Virus genome (UHGV): UHGV-0286546
Length of the DNA stretch: 64,000 bases
Reading direction: 5' to 3' (one strand)
Origin: a virus
Part shown: in pieces, positions 1-6,913 of the stretch
Layout: each line of letters begins with the position of its first letter
Numbering within the stretch: position 1 is the first letter of the stretch
The notes under the pieces: model-generated
What the model was told of the DNA's origin: nothing
The model's database searches: none
Seen by the model: only the letters and a program-made list of their open reading frames with translations
Translations under genes and position numbers: made by a program

Positions 1-329
1 AAATAGATGAAAAGGATATTGAATTCGCCTTTACAAAGCAGGTAGATCCAACAAAACCGAAAACACTTTATCCAAATGAAATTACAGCTTGGAGTAAAGG
101 ATATACTCAATTACAAAAAGATGCAAACAAAGGTAAAAATCAAGCTATTGAATTGACCAATGAAAACTCTTCTGTTTTTGAATCGTTGATATTGACTGAT
201 GAAGAAATCAATGAATTAAAAGAAGATACCAGAGAAAAATGTTTTTGTAGTGGCTCTGGGATATTAAGAATGGCTGCCTGTAGAGAACATTTGGGTTTAG
301 AACCTTATCCTTGTCTCAAAAAGCGGTAA
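1..329 (+). CDS. 3' end of a CDS entering from upstream of the window (hypothetical protein)
   Basis: Open frame (phase 3) from window edge to TAA at 327-329; no start codon in window; coding-like composition. Confidence 0.4.
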   Translation, partial: IDEKDIEFAFTKQVDPTKPKTLYPNEITAWSKGYTQLQKDANKGKNQAIELTNENSSVFESLILTDEEINELKEDTREKCFCSGSGILRMAACREHLGLEPYPCLKKR

Positions 330-345
330 TTTGAAAGTGTTTAAA

Positions 346-954
346 ATGTCAAGCTTTAGAGAAATAGTAAATACTATTTTGAAGTCAGCTTTACTTGGTA
401 AAAATCCTAATGTTGAATCATTAGCTATTATTACAGCTGAAGATTCCTTTGGTAAAAAAATTAACAGAAGAGACAATGCTACTCGATTGAAAGTTTTTAA
501 GATACAATTGAAGCTAGGAGGTCATCCTTATGAAAACATTGTTGATAAATATGGAAATAAAGAGCATTCTTTTGTAATTTTTAATTTATCAAGATCTGCT
601 GCTAAAAATTATGCAAAAGTATATGAGCAAGAATCGTTTATTTTTGGCATAAAGAATAAAGATGACATGTTATATGAATATTGGGAAACTGTAGATAATG
701 GTAAAACTTATAATTTATCTAAAACTACAGATTTTATAAGAAATGAGCCAGAATTAGAAGATTATTTTTCTAGATTACATGATTATAAATTTAATATAGG
801 CTTTGATTTTAATGAATCTATCGACGAAGAAACTGTAAGAAAATTAGAATCTATTACGACTCCAGAAGATAAGAAATGGATTAAAGAATATATTAATGAA
901 GAACGTGTAGGTATGGCTTCTTATTTACATTATAAAAAGTTGTATAAAAATTAA
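346..954 (+). CDS. hypothetical protein; N-terminus MSSFREIVNTIL resembles the shared MSxFRTIVEN leader family
   Basis: Listed ORF 331..954 begins with TTG; in-frame ATG at 346 gives MSSFREIV... matching leader family of 8351/9124/9775/10557/47718. Confidence 0.5.
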   Translation: MSSFREIVNTILKSALLGKNPNVESLAIITAEDSFGKKINRRDNATRLKVFKIQLKLGGHPYENIVDKYGNKEHSFVIFNLSRSAAKNYAKVYEQESFIFGIKNKDDMLYEYWETVDNGKTYNLSKTTDFIRNEPELEDYFSRLHDYKFNIGFDFNESIDEETVRKLESITTPEDKKWIKEYINEERVGMASYLHYKKLYKN

Positions 955-977
955 TGTCTTAAAAGGAGAGAATCAGT

Positions 978-1163
978 ATGACACAAGAAGAAAAACAGAA
1001 ACGCTTAGAAGAACAGCAGTTTAAGAAAAAATGGGCCAAACGTTTGAAACTTAGCCCTATGCCAAATAAGATATCTGCAAATGTTGGTAGAGCACCTCGT
1101 TGTAATAGTAATACCGCTAAAAAAGAAGTATCTTTGGCAGTAGCTTCGAAGAAAAAGAAATAA
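978..1163 (+). CDS. small lysine-rich basic protein
   Basis: ORF preceded by strong SD aaaggagag 6-8 nt upstream of ATG. Confidence 0.45.
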   Translation: MTQEEKQKRLEEQQFKKKWAKRLKLSPMPNKISANVGRAPRCNSNTAKKEVSLAVASKKKK

Positions 1164-1274
1164 TTTAATCCAATTGACTCCCTAAGCCTCTTAACAATGC
1201 GCAACTAGTCTCTGAATTAACAGTAGATGTATATATAAGCTGCAGTAATTATATATATAGGAGTCGTTTTCTGT

Positions 1275-1305
1275 TTTACAATACAATTAAAATACTGCAT
1301 ATAAT
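1275..1305 (+). promoter_or_regulatory. sigma70-like promoter GTTTTACA...TGcaTATAAT
   Basis: -35 TTTACA, extended -10 TGCATATAAT (spacer ~19). Confidence 0.4.
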
Positions 1306-1337
1306 GTATATATTAAATAAATTTGAAAGATAATTTT

Positions 1338-1595
1338 ATGAATTTACTTAATCAATGTCAAATCCGTTTATACGGTGAAAATGAGTGGAGTGAAATTAAA
1401 GAATTTTATCCGGTAGCTAAAAGTGTTTTGATTGAAACCTGGTTAGAAGATCATCCAGAATTTTATGAAAGATCGGTGTTAAGTGATGGATATAAAGAAT
1501 TGATTATTGAAACAAGACATAATGATTCTGAAGATTCTACAATACAAATTCATAAAGTAGATATTTCATATAAGTTTGATATAAAAGATTTATAA
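1338..1595 (+). CDS. hypothetical protein
   Basis: ORF; ATG at 1338 preceded by gaaaga; listed from TTG 1323. Confidence 0.5.
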   Translation: MNLLNQCQIRLYGENEWSEIKEFYPVAKSVLIETWLEDHPEFYERSVLSDGYKELIIETRHNDSEDSTIQIHKVDISYKFDIKDL

Positions 1596-1603
1596 ATTTT
1601 TAT

Positions 1604-1723
1604 GAGAGGGTAGCTCAGTCTGGTAGAGCAACGTAAAAAAGTATTTAGTATTTAAGTACGTTCAGCAACATATATTTTTGGTTGGTAACCCGTGTGTCGT
1701 AGGTTCAAATCCTACCCCTCTCA
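1604..1723 (+). ncRNA. tRNA-like RNA with intact acceptor/D/T arms but ~45-nt expansion of the anticodon region (intron-containing tRNA, pseudo-tRNA or Y-RNA-like)
   Basis: GAGAGGG..CCCTCTC acceptor pairing, D arm GCTCAGTCTGGTAGAGC, T arm GTAGGTTCAAATCCTAC; between them ACGTA-21nt-TACGT stem plus ~35 extra nt; no encoded CCA. Confidence 0.5.
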
Positions 1724-2021
1724 ACAAGTTTTGGTTTGTTAGTTTAGATAGGCTATAATTAAAGTAAGTAAGTTTGGAAGTTACGACACAGACCAAATAA
1801 CCTATCGTTTCCAAATTATCTTTATCGTTGTCGTGAAGGATAAAGAGTGAAAAACTAACGTTAAAGTGACAAAAAGTATACTTAATTATCCAAAGTATTG
1901 CCAATATCACTTGAATTTATGGGTGTCGTGTTTTCGAAAGAGCATGAAGGTCAGGGTCAATCCCAAAAGAGTCACGAACGTGGATTTCATATTTTACCTC
2001 CACCTGCCCATAATTTTTTAT
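1724..2021. other. ORF-free, GC-elevated spacer between tRNA-like elements; candidate structured ncRNA region
   Basis: No ORF >60 aa except one overlapping antisense ORF; local GC visibly higher than flanks; several short palindromes. Confidence 0.3.
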
Positions 2022-2113
2022 GCTCCGTCGTAGTCTTGGTGACCACTAGTTGAATGTCTATAGCTCCAGTCAATTAGTATGGGAATACTGTTCGAATCAG
2101 TTACGGGGTACCA
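2022..2113 (+). ncRNA. second tRNA-like element (acceptor GCTCCGT/ACGGGGT, canonical T arm TACTG-TTCGAAT-CAGTT, encoded CCA) with nonstandard ~40-nt anticodon/variable region
   Basis: 7-bp acceptor pairing incl. two G-U, D-like GTC-TTGGT-GAC, T-loop TTCGAAT, discriminator A + CCA at 2111-2113; core cannot be folded into a standard anticodon arm by eye. Confidence 0.4.
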
Positions 2114-2355
2114 ATTTTTATGAGTAGTTTATTAGTTCTTCTCGCCTTGGAAAATTGAACTAGTGAATAGTCATCTTGTAATGGTAAACATTCTTGACTG
2201 AAACTAAAGAAAAGTTTATATGTTTATTAGAGTAATATGGTAAGCCGCGGCTGAGACTTATAAGGGTAAGTAGATATATAGATGTAATGAAAGTTTTACC
2301 ACAGTATAAAGATTAGTAATATGAAGAAAGAATTAAATGACGCGAGGATAAAATA

Positions 2356-2541
2356 ATGAAAGCAAAGAAAATGACAATATCGATTAAAATACCTAAACCT
2401 AGAGATTTTAATCATTATACCTTACAATTAAAAGGATTGATGAGAACGAAAGTAATTAAAAATAAAAAGAAAGAAATCAAGAAATTCAATTGGAAAAAAG
2501 ATAGTACAGATTATTCAAACATTATATTAGCTAGTGCTTAA
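2356..2541 (+). CDS. small basic protein
   Basis: ORF with SD gaggataa; lysine-rich. Confidence 0.35.
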   Translation: MKAKKMTISIKIPKPRDFNHYTLQLKGLMRTKVIKNKKKEIKKFNWKKDSTDYSNIILASA

Positions 2542-2562
2542 ATAATTTGTATTGTCTTCATT

Positions 2563-2650
2563 GGAGGAATGGCAGAGTGGCTTAATGCAGCGGTTTACTA
2601 AACCGTCGTACCGAAAGGTGCCGTGGGTTCAAATCCTACTTCCTCCGCCA
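2563..2650 (+). tRNA. tRNA-Ser (class II, long variable arm, G73), anticodon reads ACU as hand-folded
   Basis: Acceptor GGAGGAA/TTCCTCC, discriminator G, encoded CCA, long variable arm CGTACCGAAAGGTGCCG, T arm GGGTTCAAATCC; anticodon loop TTACTAA. Confidence 0.8.
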
Positions 2651-2657
2651 ATTTATT

Positions 2658-2751
2658 AGGTCTGTCGTTCAATGGTTAGGACACTAGGCTTATACCCTAG
2701 CGAGCGTCTGATTAACGCGAAATCCCAGTTCGAGTCTGGGCGGACCTACCA
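2658..2751 (+). tRNA. class II tRNA (long 23-nt variable arm, A73) with anticodon loop CTTATAC = anticodon UAU as hand-folded (Leu-like body, Ile AUA anticodon)
   Basis: Acceptor AGGTCTG/CGGACCT, D stem GTTC/GGAC, anticodon stem CTAGG/CCTAG, T arm CCCAG-TTCGAGT-CTGGG, A + CCA. Confidence 0.7.
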
Positions 2752-2776
2752 GTTTTAAATAAGAAAGGAAGTATAA

Positions 2777-2971
2777 ATGAGCACACGTCAAGAATATAAT
2801 AAAAAAATTTTAGCACATATTTCTGAAAAAATAGACCAGTGTTCAGATATGCGTTTTGTACAAATTCTGTGGGCATTGAGAATTGATGATGGACAAGATA
2901 ATTTCTACGAAGAATCGAAAGAAACGTTAGAAAAAGTAGAAAACAATCTAAAGAAAATTAATAACGAATAA
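2777..2971 (+). CDS. hypothetical protein
   Basis: ORF with SD aaggaag. Confidence 0.5.
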   Translation: MSTRQEYNKKILAHISEKIDQCSDMRFVQILWALRIDDGQDNFYEESKETLEKVENNLKKINNE

Positions 2972-2984
2972 TATTATTTCCGGT

Positions 2985-3013
2985 TTTACAATATTTTTAA
3001 CAAGACATATATT
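2985..3013 (+). promoter_or_regulatory. sigma70-like promoter GTTTTACA-N17-TATATT
   Basis: -35 TTTACA 2985-2990, 17-nt spacer, -10 TATATT; upstream of vWA gene. Confidence 0.45.
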
Positions 3014-3046
3014 TGTTTATAGATTAACAGAAAAAAGGAAGTGGAT

Positions 3047-4531
3047 ATGTCTGATAATAAAACAATGACTGAAAAAGGTGCTATTACTAATCAATCTACA
3101 TTAGACAAAGTTGTAGATTGGTTTTATCATGGAGCCGCATTACGTAGAGAAAAAAACAAAGACCGTATTATAGCTTTGTTTGATGATGCTTTTAAACAGG
3201 ATAAAACCAAAGCATTGCGTATTTTATTTTATATTCGTGATATTCGTGGTGGTCAAGGTGAAAGACGCATTTTTAGAATTTGCTTAAATCATTTGGCAAA
3301 AATAGAATCTGCTTGGTTAAAAGACAATTTGGCATTAATTGCTGAATACGGCAGATATGATGATTATTTGTGCTTGCTTGATACAGAAATTAAAAGTGCT
3401 GTAATTGATTTCGTTAAAGCACAATTAGATAAAGATATTGCTGCAATAGATAGCAATACACCTATTTCATTGCTTGCCAAATGGATGCCTTCCGTTACAA
3501 CCAAGAATAAAGAAAAAAGAAGATATTTAAATGCTCTTTTGAATTCTGGTAAATTTGGCACAGTAAAAAATTATAGACAAACGTTATCTAAACTTCGTGA
3601 TAAATTAAATATTGTTGAAAAGAATCTTTGCAATAAAGCCTTTGCTGAAATTGAATATTCTAAAGTTTCTTCTAATGCAATGTCTAAGTATTCAAAAACT
3701 AGAATTTCATCTGGATTAGCTGGTACTTTTTGGCGCAATGACTTAGATAGATTTAAAATGTATTTAGACGCTGTTAAAAACGGTAAAACAATCGACGGCA
3801 AAGAAGTAAAAATAAATGCAAAAACCTTATATCCATATGATGTTATTACAAAATATATGAGTGGTTATAGTATAAGTCATCAAGAAGATCCTGCAGCGGA
3901 AGCTCAATGGAATGCTTTACCTGATTATGTACCAGAGATTAACGGCATTGTAATTTATGATACTTCGGGTTCAATGTATGGATTACCTATGGCTGTATCT
4001 TTGTCGTTGGCTATTTATATTGCTGAAAGAAATAAATCAGAAGTTTGGCGTAATTATGTTATTCCATTCTCATCTAATGCGACTTGGAAAAAAGTAAAGG
4101 GTAACAATTTAGTAGAAAAAATTGAATCTATTTATACTGGAGATTGTTCAAATACTAATTTACAAGCAGCCTTTGATCTTATTTTAGGTAAAGCTATATA
4201 TGCGCAAGTACCTAAAGAAGATATGCCAAAACAGCTGATTATTATTAGTGATATGGAATTTGATTCGGTTTCTTCTAATAACCAAACTAATTATGAAGCT
4301 ATAAAAAGCAAATATAAGAAAGCTGGTTATGACTTACCACAATTAATCTGGTGGAACGTTGAATCAAGAAGCAATCAAACACCGATTACAGTAAATGATA
4401 AAAATTGTTTATTGCTTTCTGGCTGTTCACCGGTAGTTATGCAAGTAGCTTTGGGTGGTTCATACGATTTTATGGAAGCAATCGATAAAATTATTAACCA
4501 AGAACGTTATAGTTGCATCAATTATAATTAG
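3047..4531 (+). CDS. vWA-domain protein with N-terminal alpha-helical domain; Ro60/TROVE-like (DUF2828-type) architecture
   Basis: MIDAS motif DTSGSM ~residue 300 followed by second acidic motif ISDMEFD; N-terminal ~300 aa helical with FYIRDIRGGQGERRIF segment; 494 aa like Rsr/Ro60; ATG 3047 6 nt after SD aaggaag (GTG at 3041 also possible). Confidence 0.8.
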   Translation: MSDNKTMTEKGAITNQSTLDKVVDWFYHGAALRREKNKDRIIALFDDAFKQDKTKALRILFYIRDIRGGQGERRIFRICLNHLAKIESAWLKDNLALIAEYGRYDDYLCLLDTEIKSAVIDFVKAQLDKDIAAIDSNTPISLLAKWMPSVTTKNKEKRRYLNALLNSGKFGTVKNYRQTLSKLRDKLNIVEKNLCNKAFAEIEYSKVSSNAMSKYSKTRISSGLAGTFWRNDLDRFKMYLDAVKNGKTIDGKEVKINAKTLYPYDVITKYMSGYSISHQEDPAAEAQWNALPDYVPEINGIVIYDTSGSMYGLPMAVSLSLAIYIAERNKSEVWRNYVIPFSSNATWKKVKGNNLVEKIESIYTGDCSNTNLQAAFDLILGKAIYAQVPKEDMPKQLIIISDMEFDSVSSNNQTNYEAIKSKYKKAGYDLPQLIWWNVESRSNQTPITVNDKNCLLLSGCSPVVMQVALGGSYDFMEAIDKIINQERYSCINYN

Positions 4532-4650
4532 TTCTTAATAACTATTAAAGACTGTGAAAAACGTACAGCAATCTATAAAATATTTTATATTGAAGACTTG
4601 CTGTGTTTTAACAGCATGATAAGGTATTAATTTCGGTTAATACCTGTTTA

Positions 4651-4716
4651 TAAGGAAGGGCCGAAACAAAAGTTTTTCGTTAAAAGACAGTCTTTACGGT
4701 CCTTCCTTTTTTTTAT
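4651..4716 (+). terminator. rho-independent terminator (branched hairpin + T8)
   Basis: aaggaagggccg...cggtccttcc followed by tttttttt; two further hairpins at 4556-4650. Confidence 0.6.
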
Positions 4717-4728
4717 CAAAGGATAGGA

Positions 4729-4977
4729 ATGTTTACAATGTTAGATTTGCATAAAAAGTCAATATATAATAAAGAAGAATTGGATAAAGCAGATTTATGT
4801 GGATGTTTCTATTGCTGCGAAGTATTTGATCCGAGTGAAATAAAAGAATACACTGATAACGGAAACACTGCACTTTGCCCATATTGTAAAGTTGATTCTG
4901 TAATACCTCTTAATAAAAACGATGAAGAGTCTAAAGAAATTTTACAAAAAATGTATGGATATTTCTTTAAAGATTAA
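4729..4977 (+). CDS. zinc-ribbon protein (CxC...CC...CPYC)
   Basis: ORF with SD aaagga; four Cys pairs. Confidence 0.6.
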   Translation: MFTMLDLHKKSIYNKEELDKADLCGCFYCCEVFDPSEIKEYTDNGNTALCPYCKVDSVIPLNKNDEESKEILQKMYGYFFKD

Positions 4978-5057
4978 AATTTTATTTATTTTTTGTTTTA
5001 CATTTATATTCTATATTATATAAATATATTGTTTTTAAGTCAATATAAAAATTTTAT

Positions 5058-5131
5058 TCGGGGGTCGTCTAGTGGCAGGACATGAGATTTTGGCTCTCAT
5101 AACGTTGGTTCGAATCCAGCCCCCCGAACCA
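5058..5131 (+). tRNA. tRNA-Gln (UUG)
   Basis: Acceptor TCGGGGG/CCCCCGA, D stem GTCT/GGAC, anticodon stem TGAGA/TCTCA loop TTTTGGC, T arm GTTGG-TTCGAAT-CCAGC, A+CCA. Confidence 0.85.
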
Positions 5132-5153
5132 AAAATTGAAAGGAAAAGAAAAA

Positions 5154-5380
5154 TGAAGTTATATGATAGTGGAATTATTTTAGGTAGTGTAATTGCATTT
5201 ATGATATATGGAATAGGGTATATTATAAATGGAAAAATTAATGAACAGCCTAAAGTAGACTATCAAGAACAAAGAATTCTAAACGAAGGTTATGTAAAAA
5301 CTAATTATACAGAAGATCAAATTTTCTACAGTGATTACCAAGAATGTGTAGAATATAAAGATCATTTTTATTGTTATTAA
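5154..5380 (+). CDS. small membrane protein
   Basis: ATG at 5154 after gaaaggaaaag; listed ORF 5072 starts inside tRNA-Gln and is N-terminally over-extended; one hydrophobic helix. Confidence 0.45.
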
Positions 5381-5394
5381 TTTAGGAAGTAAAG

Positions 5395-5643
5395 ATGAAA
5401 AAAGTATTGTTAGGCATTTTTATTGTTTTATTGTTAACTGCTTGTGCTCAAGAAAGAGTACCGTACGTTAAAACAGATTGTAGAAATTGTAATTCTCAAT
5501 ATACCGTAAGAAAACCTGTAGAAATTGTATACGAAGAGATTACTTATACTACTGTTTATGAACCAAGAACATATGCTAAGACAAAAAGAGTAACGGTTCC
5601 ATATAAAAATTGTGAAAAAACTTATAAAAAATACTGTCGTTAA
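5395..5643 (+). CDS. putative lipoprotein
   Basis: Signal peptide with lipobox LLTAC; SD ggaag. Confidence 0.6.
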   Translation: MKKVLLGIFIVLLLTACAQERVPYVKTDCRNCNSQYTVRKPVEIVYEEITYTTVYEPRTYAKTKRVTVPYKNCEKTYKKYCR

Positions 5644-5730
5644 TAAAAAATTGCTTTACAAATAAAAATTTTATGATAATATAAATATATAAATTAAAAA
5701 AGAAGGGTTCTATAAACTATGATGAAAATG
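5641..5730 (+). promoter_or_regulatory. conserved promoter cassette TTGCTTTACA-N16-TAATAT plus leader (copy 1 of 2)
   Basis: ~80% identical to 11101-11190; followed by 19-codon ORF and terminator. Confidence 0.45.
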
Positions 5731-5810
5731 ATGTTTAAATATATTAGATTTTATAAACAGCTCAATCGAGGTGTATAATTTTCTATTACGTTTTTATCAG
5801 ATAGAATTTA

Positions 5811-5848
5811 AAAGCCTCGAGAATAAGAATCGAGGCTTTATTATTATA
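5811..5848 (+). terminator. rho-independent terminator
   Basis: gcctcga-loop-tcgaggc followed by T-rich run. Confidence 0.55.
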
Positions 5849-5855
5849 AGTTTTT

Positions 5856-5940
5856 GGTTGGGTCGCATAGCGGCAATTGCTGGAGACTGTAAATCTCTTC
5901 TCTTCGGAGTTCGTAGGTTCGAGTCCTACCCCAACCACCA
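5856..5940 (+). tRNA. tRNA-Tyr (GUA)
   Basis: Acceptor GGTTGGG/CCCAACC, anticodon loop CTGTAAA, long variable arm CTCTTCGGAG, T arm GTAGG-TTCGAGT-CCTAC, A+CCA. Confidence 0.85.
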
Positions 5941-5945
5941 TTTAT

Positions 5946-6023
5946 AGAGAGGTAACTCAGTTGGTCTAGAGTATTCGCCTGATATGCGAAGAGTCGTGAG
6001 TTCGAGTCTCACCCTCTCTACCA
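5946..6023 (+). tRNA. tRNA-Ile (GAU)
   Basis: Acceptor AGAGAGG/CCTCTCT, D arm ACTC..GAGT, anticodon stem TTCGC/GCGAA loop CTGATAT, T arm GTGAG-TTCGAGT-CTCAC, A+CCA. Confidence 0.85.
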
Positions 6024-6042
6024 AATTATTTAGGGAGCATTT

Positions 6043-6600
6043 TTGTTGAGTTATAACAGATTAAAAAATTTTAGAAAATTACGAAAACTAGCTATATTAC
6101 AAGGATTTGGCGGAAAATGTCAATGTTGTGGTTATAACAAATGCGTTCAAGCTTTAGAATTTCATCATTTAAATTGTAATGATAAAGAATTTTCTATTAG
6201 TACCATTATGAATAAAAACTGGAACGAAATAAAAAATGAATTAAAAAAATGTATTTGTGTGTGTGCCAATTGTCATAGAGAAATACACAATAATTTATTA
6301 GAAATTGATGTTAATAAACAATATTTTGACGAAAACGCCGTACAAGATTATGAATGTGCTATAAATAAGGTAACAAAATATAGCAAATGTCCAATTTGCG
6401 GAGCATTAAAACCAGAATATAACAAATTTTGTTCTCGAAAATGTGCCGCGAAATCAAGAGATAGAGTAAATTGGGAACAATACGAAAGTTTAGTTTATAT
6501 TATTGATAATAAAATTGAATCTATTAATAGTATTGCTTCTAAATTAAATATTTCTTGGCAAGCTGTAAAGAAAAGATATAAAAAATTAAAATCGCAATAA
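6043..6600 (+). CDS. HNH homing endonuclease
   Basis: HNH motif EFHHL...CANCHREIH with flanking CxxC pairs; TTG start after SD tagggag; inserted between tRNA genes. Confidence 0.8.
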   Translation: MLSYNRLKNFRKLRKLAILQGFGGKCQCCGYNKCVQALEFHHLNCNDKEFSISTIMNKNWNEIKNELKKCICVCANCHREIHNNLLEIDVNKQYFDENAVQDYECAINKVTKYSKCPICGALKPEYNKFCSRKCAAKSRDRVNWEQYESLVYIIDNKIESINSIASKLNISWQAVKKRYKKLKSQ

Positions 6601-6617
6601 AGATTTGAATTATTTAT

Positions 6618-6693
6618 GGTCATGTAGCTCAGTTAGTAGAGCACCAGACTGAAAATCTGGGTGTCGTTGGGGCGGAACCAACCGTGACCACCA
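6618..6693 (+). tRNA. tRNA-Phe (GAA) with non-canonical T-loop GGCGGAA
   Basis: Acceptor GGTCATG/CGTGACC, D arm TAGCTCAGTTAGTAGAGCA, anticodon stem CCAGA/TCTGG loop CTGAAAA, T stem GTTGG/CCAAC, A+CCA. Confidence 0.75.
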
Positions 6694-6699
6694 TTTATT

Positions 6700-6775
6700 G
6701 GAAGTATAGCTCAGCCGGTAGAGCAACGAGCTTTTAACTCGTGGGTCATGGGTTCGAATCCCTTTGCTTCCACCA
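6700..6775 (+). tRNA. tRNA-Lys (UUU)
   Basis: Acceptor GGAAGTA/TGCTTCC, anticodon stem ACGAG/CTCGT loop CTTTTAA, T-loop TTCGAAT, A+CCA. Confidence 0.8.
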
Positions 6776-6783
6776 ATTTTTAT

Positions 6784-6860
6784 GGCGATGTAGTTCAGCC
6801 GGTTAGAACGTATCCCTCATAAGGATAAGGTCACTTGTTCGAGTCAAGTCATCGCTACCA
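6784..6860 (+). tRNA. tRNA-Met/Ile2 (CAU), elongator type
   Basis: Acceptor GGCGATG/CATCGCT, anticodon stem TATCC/GGATA loop CTCATAA, T arm ACTTG-TTCGAGT-CAAGT, A+CCA. Confidence 0.8.
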
Positions 6861-6913
6861 TCTTTTTAAATTTTAAGTTCTAAACATAAAATGATTATTA
6901 CGGAGAAATTTTT

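Noticed and set aside
1662-1910. Minus-strand ORF (82 aa) overlapping the tRNA-like element
   Set aside because: Its C-terminus is simply the translation of the tRNA-like sequence; no RBS; lies in ORF-poor structured region.
3364-3801. Minus-strand ORFs 3364..3561 and 3571..3801 inside the vWA gene
   Set aside because: Antisense to a well-supported long CDS; typical AT-rich spurious frames.
4729-4977. Considered calling the Cys-rich protein a specific known family (YacG-like/DksA-like)
   Set aside because: Only a generic four-Cys zinc-ribbon pattern is visible; no basis for a specific family name.
5072-5153. N-terminal extension of ORF 5072..5380 (MAGHEILALITLVRIQPPEPKIERKRK)
   Set aside because: Overlaps tRNA-Gln entirely; a good SD+ATG at 5154 gives a sensible membrane protein start.
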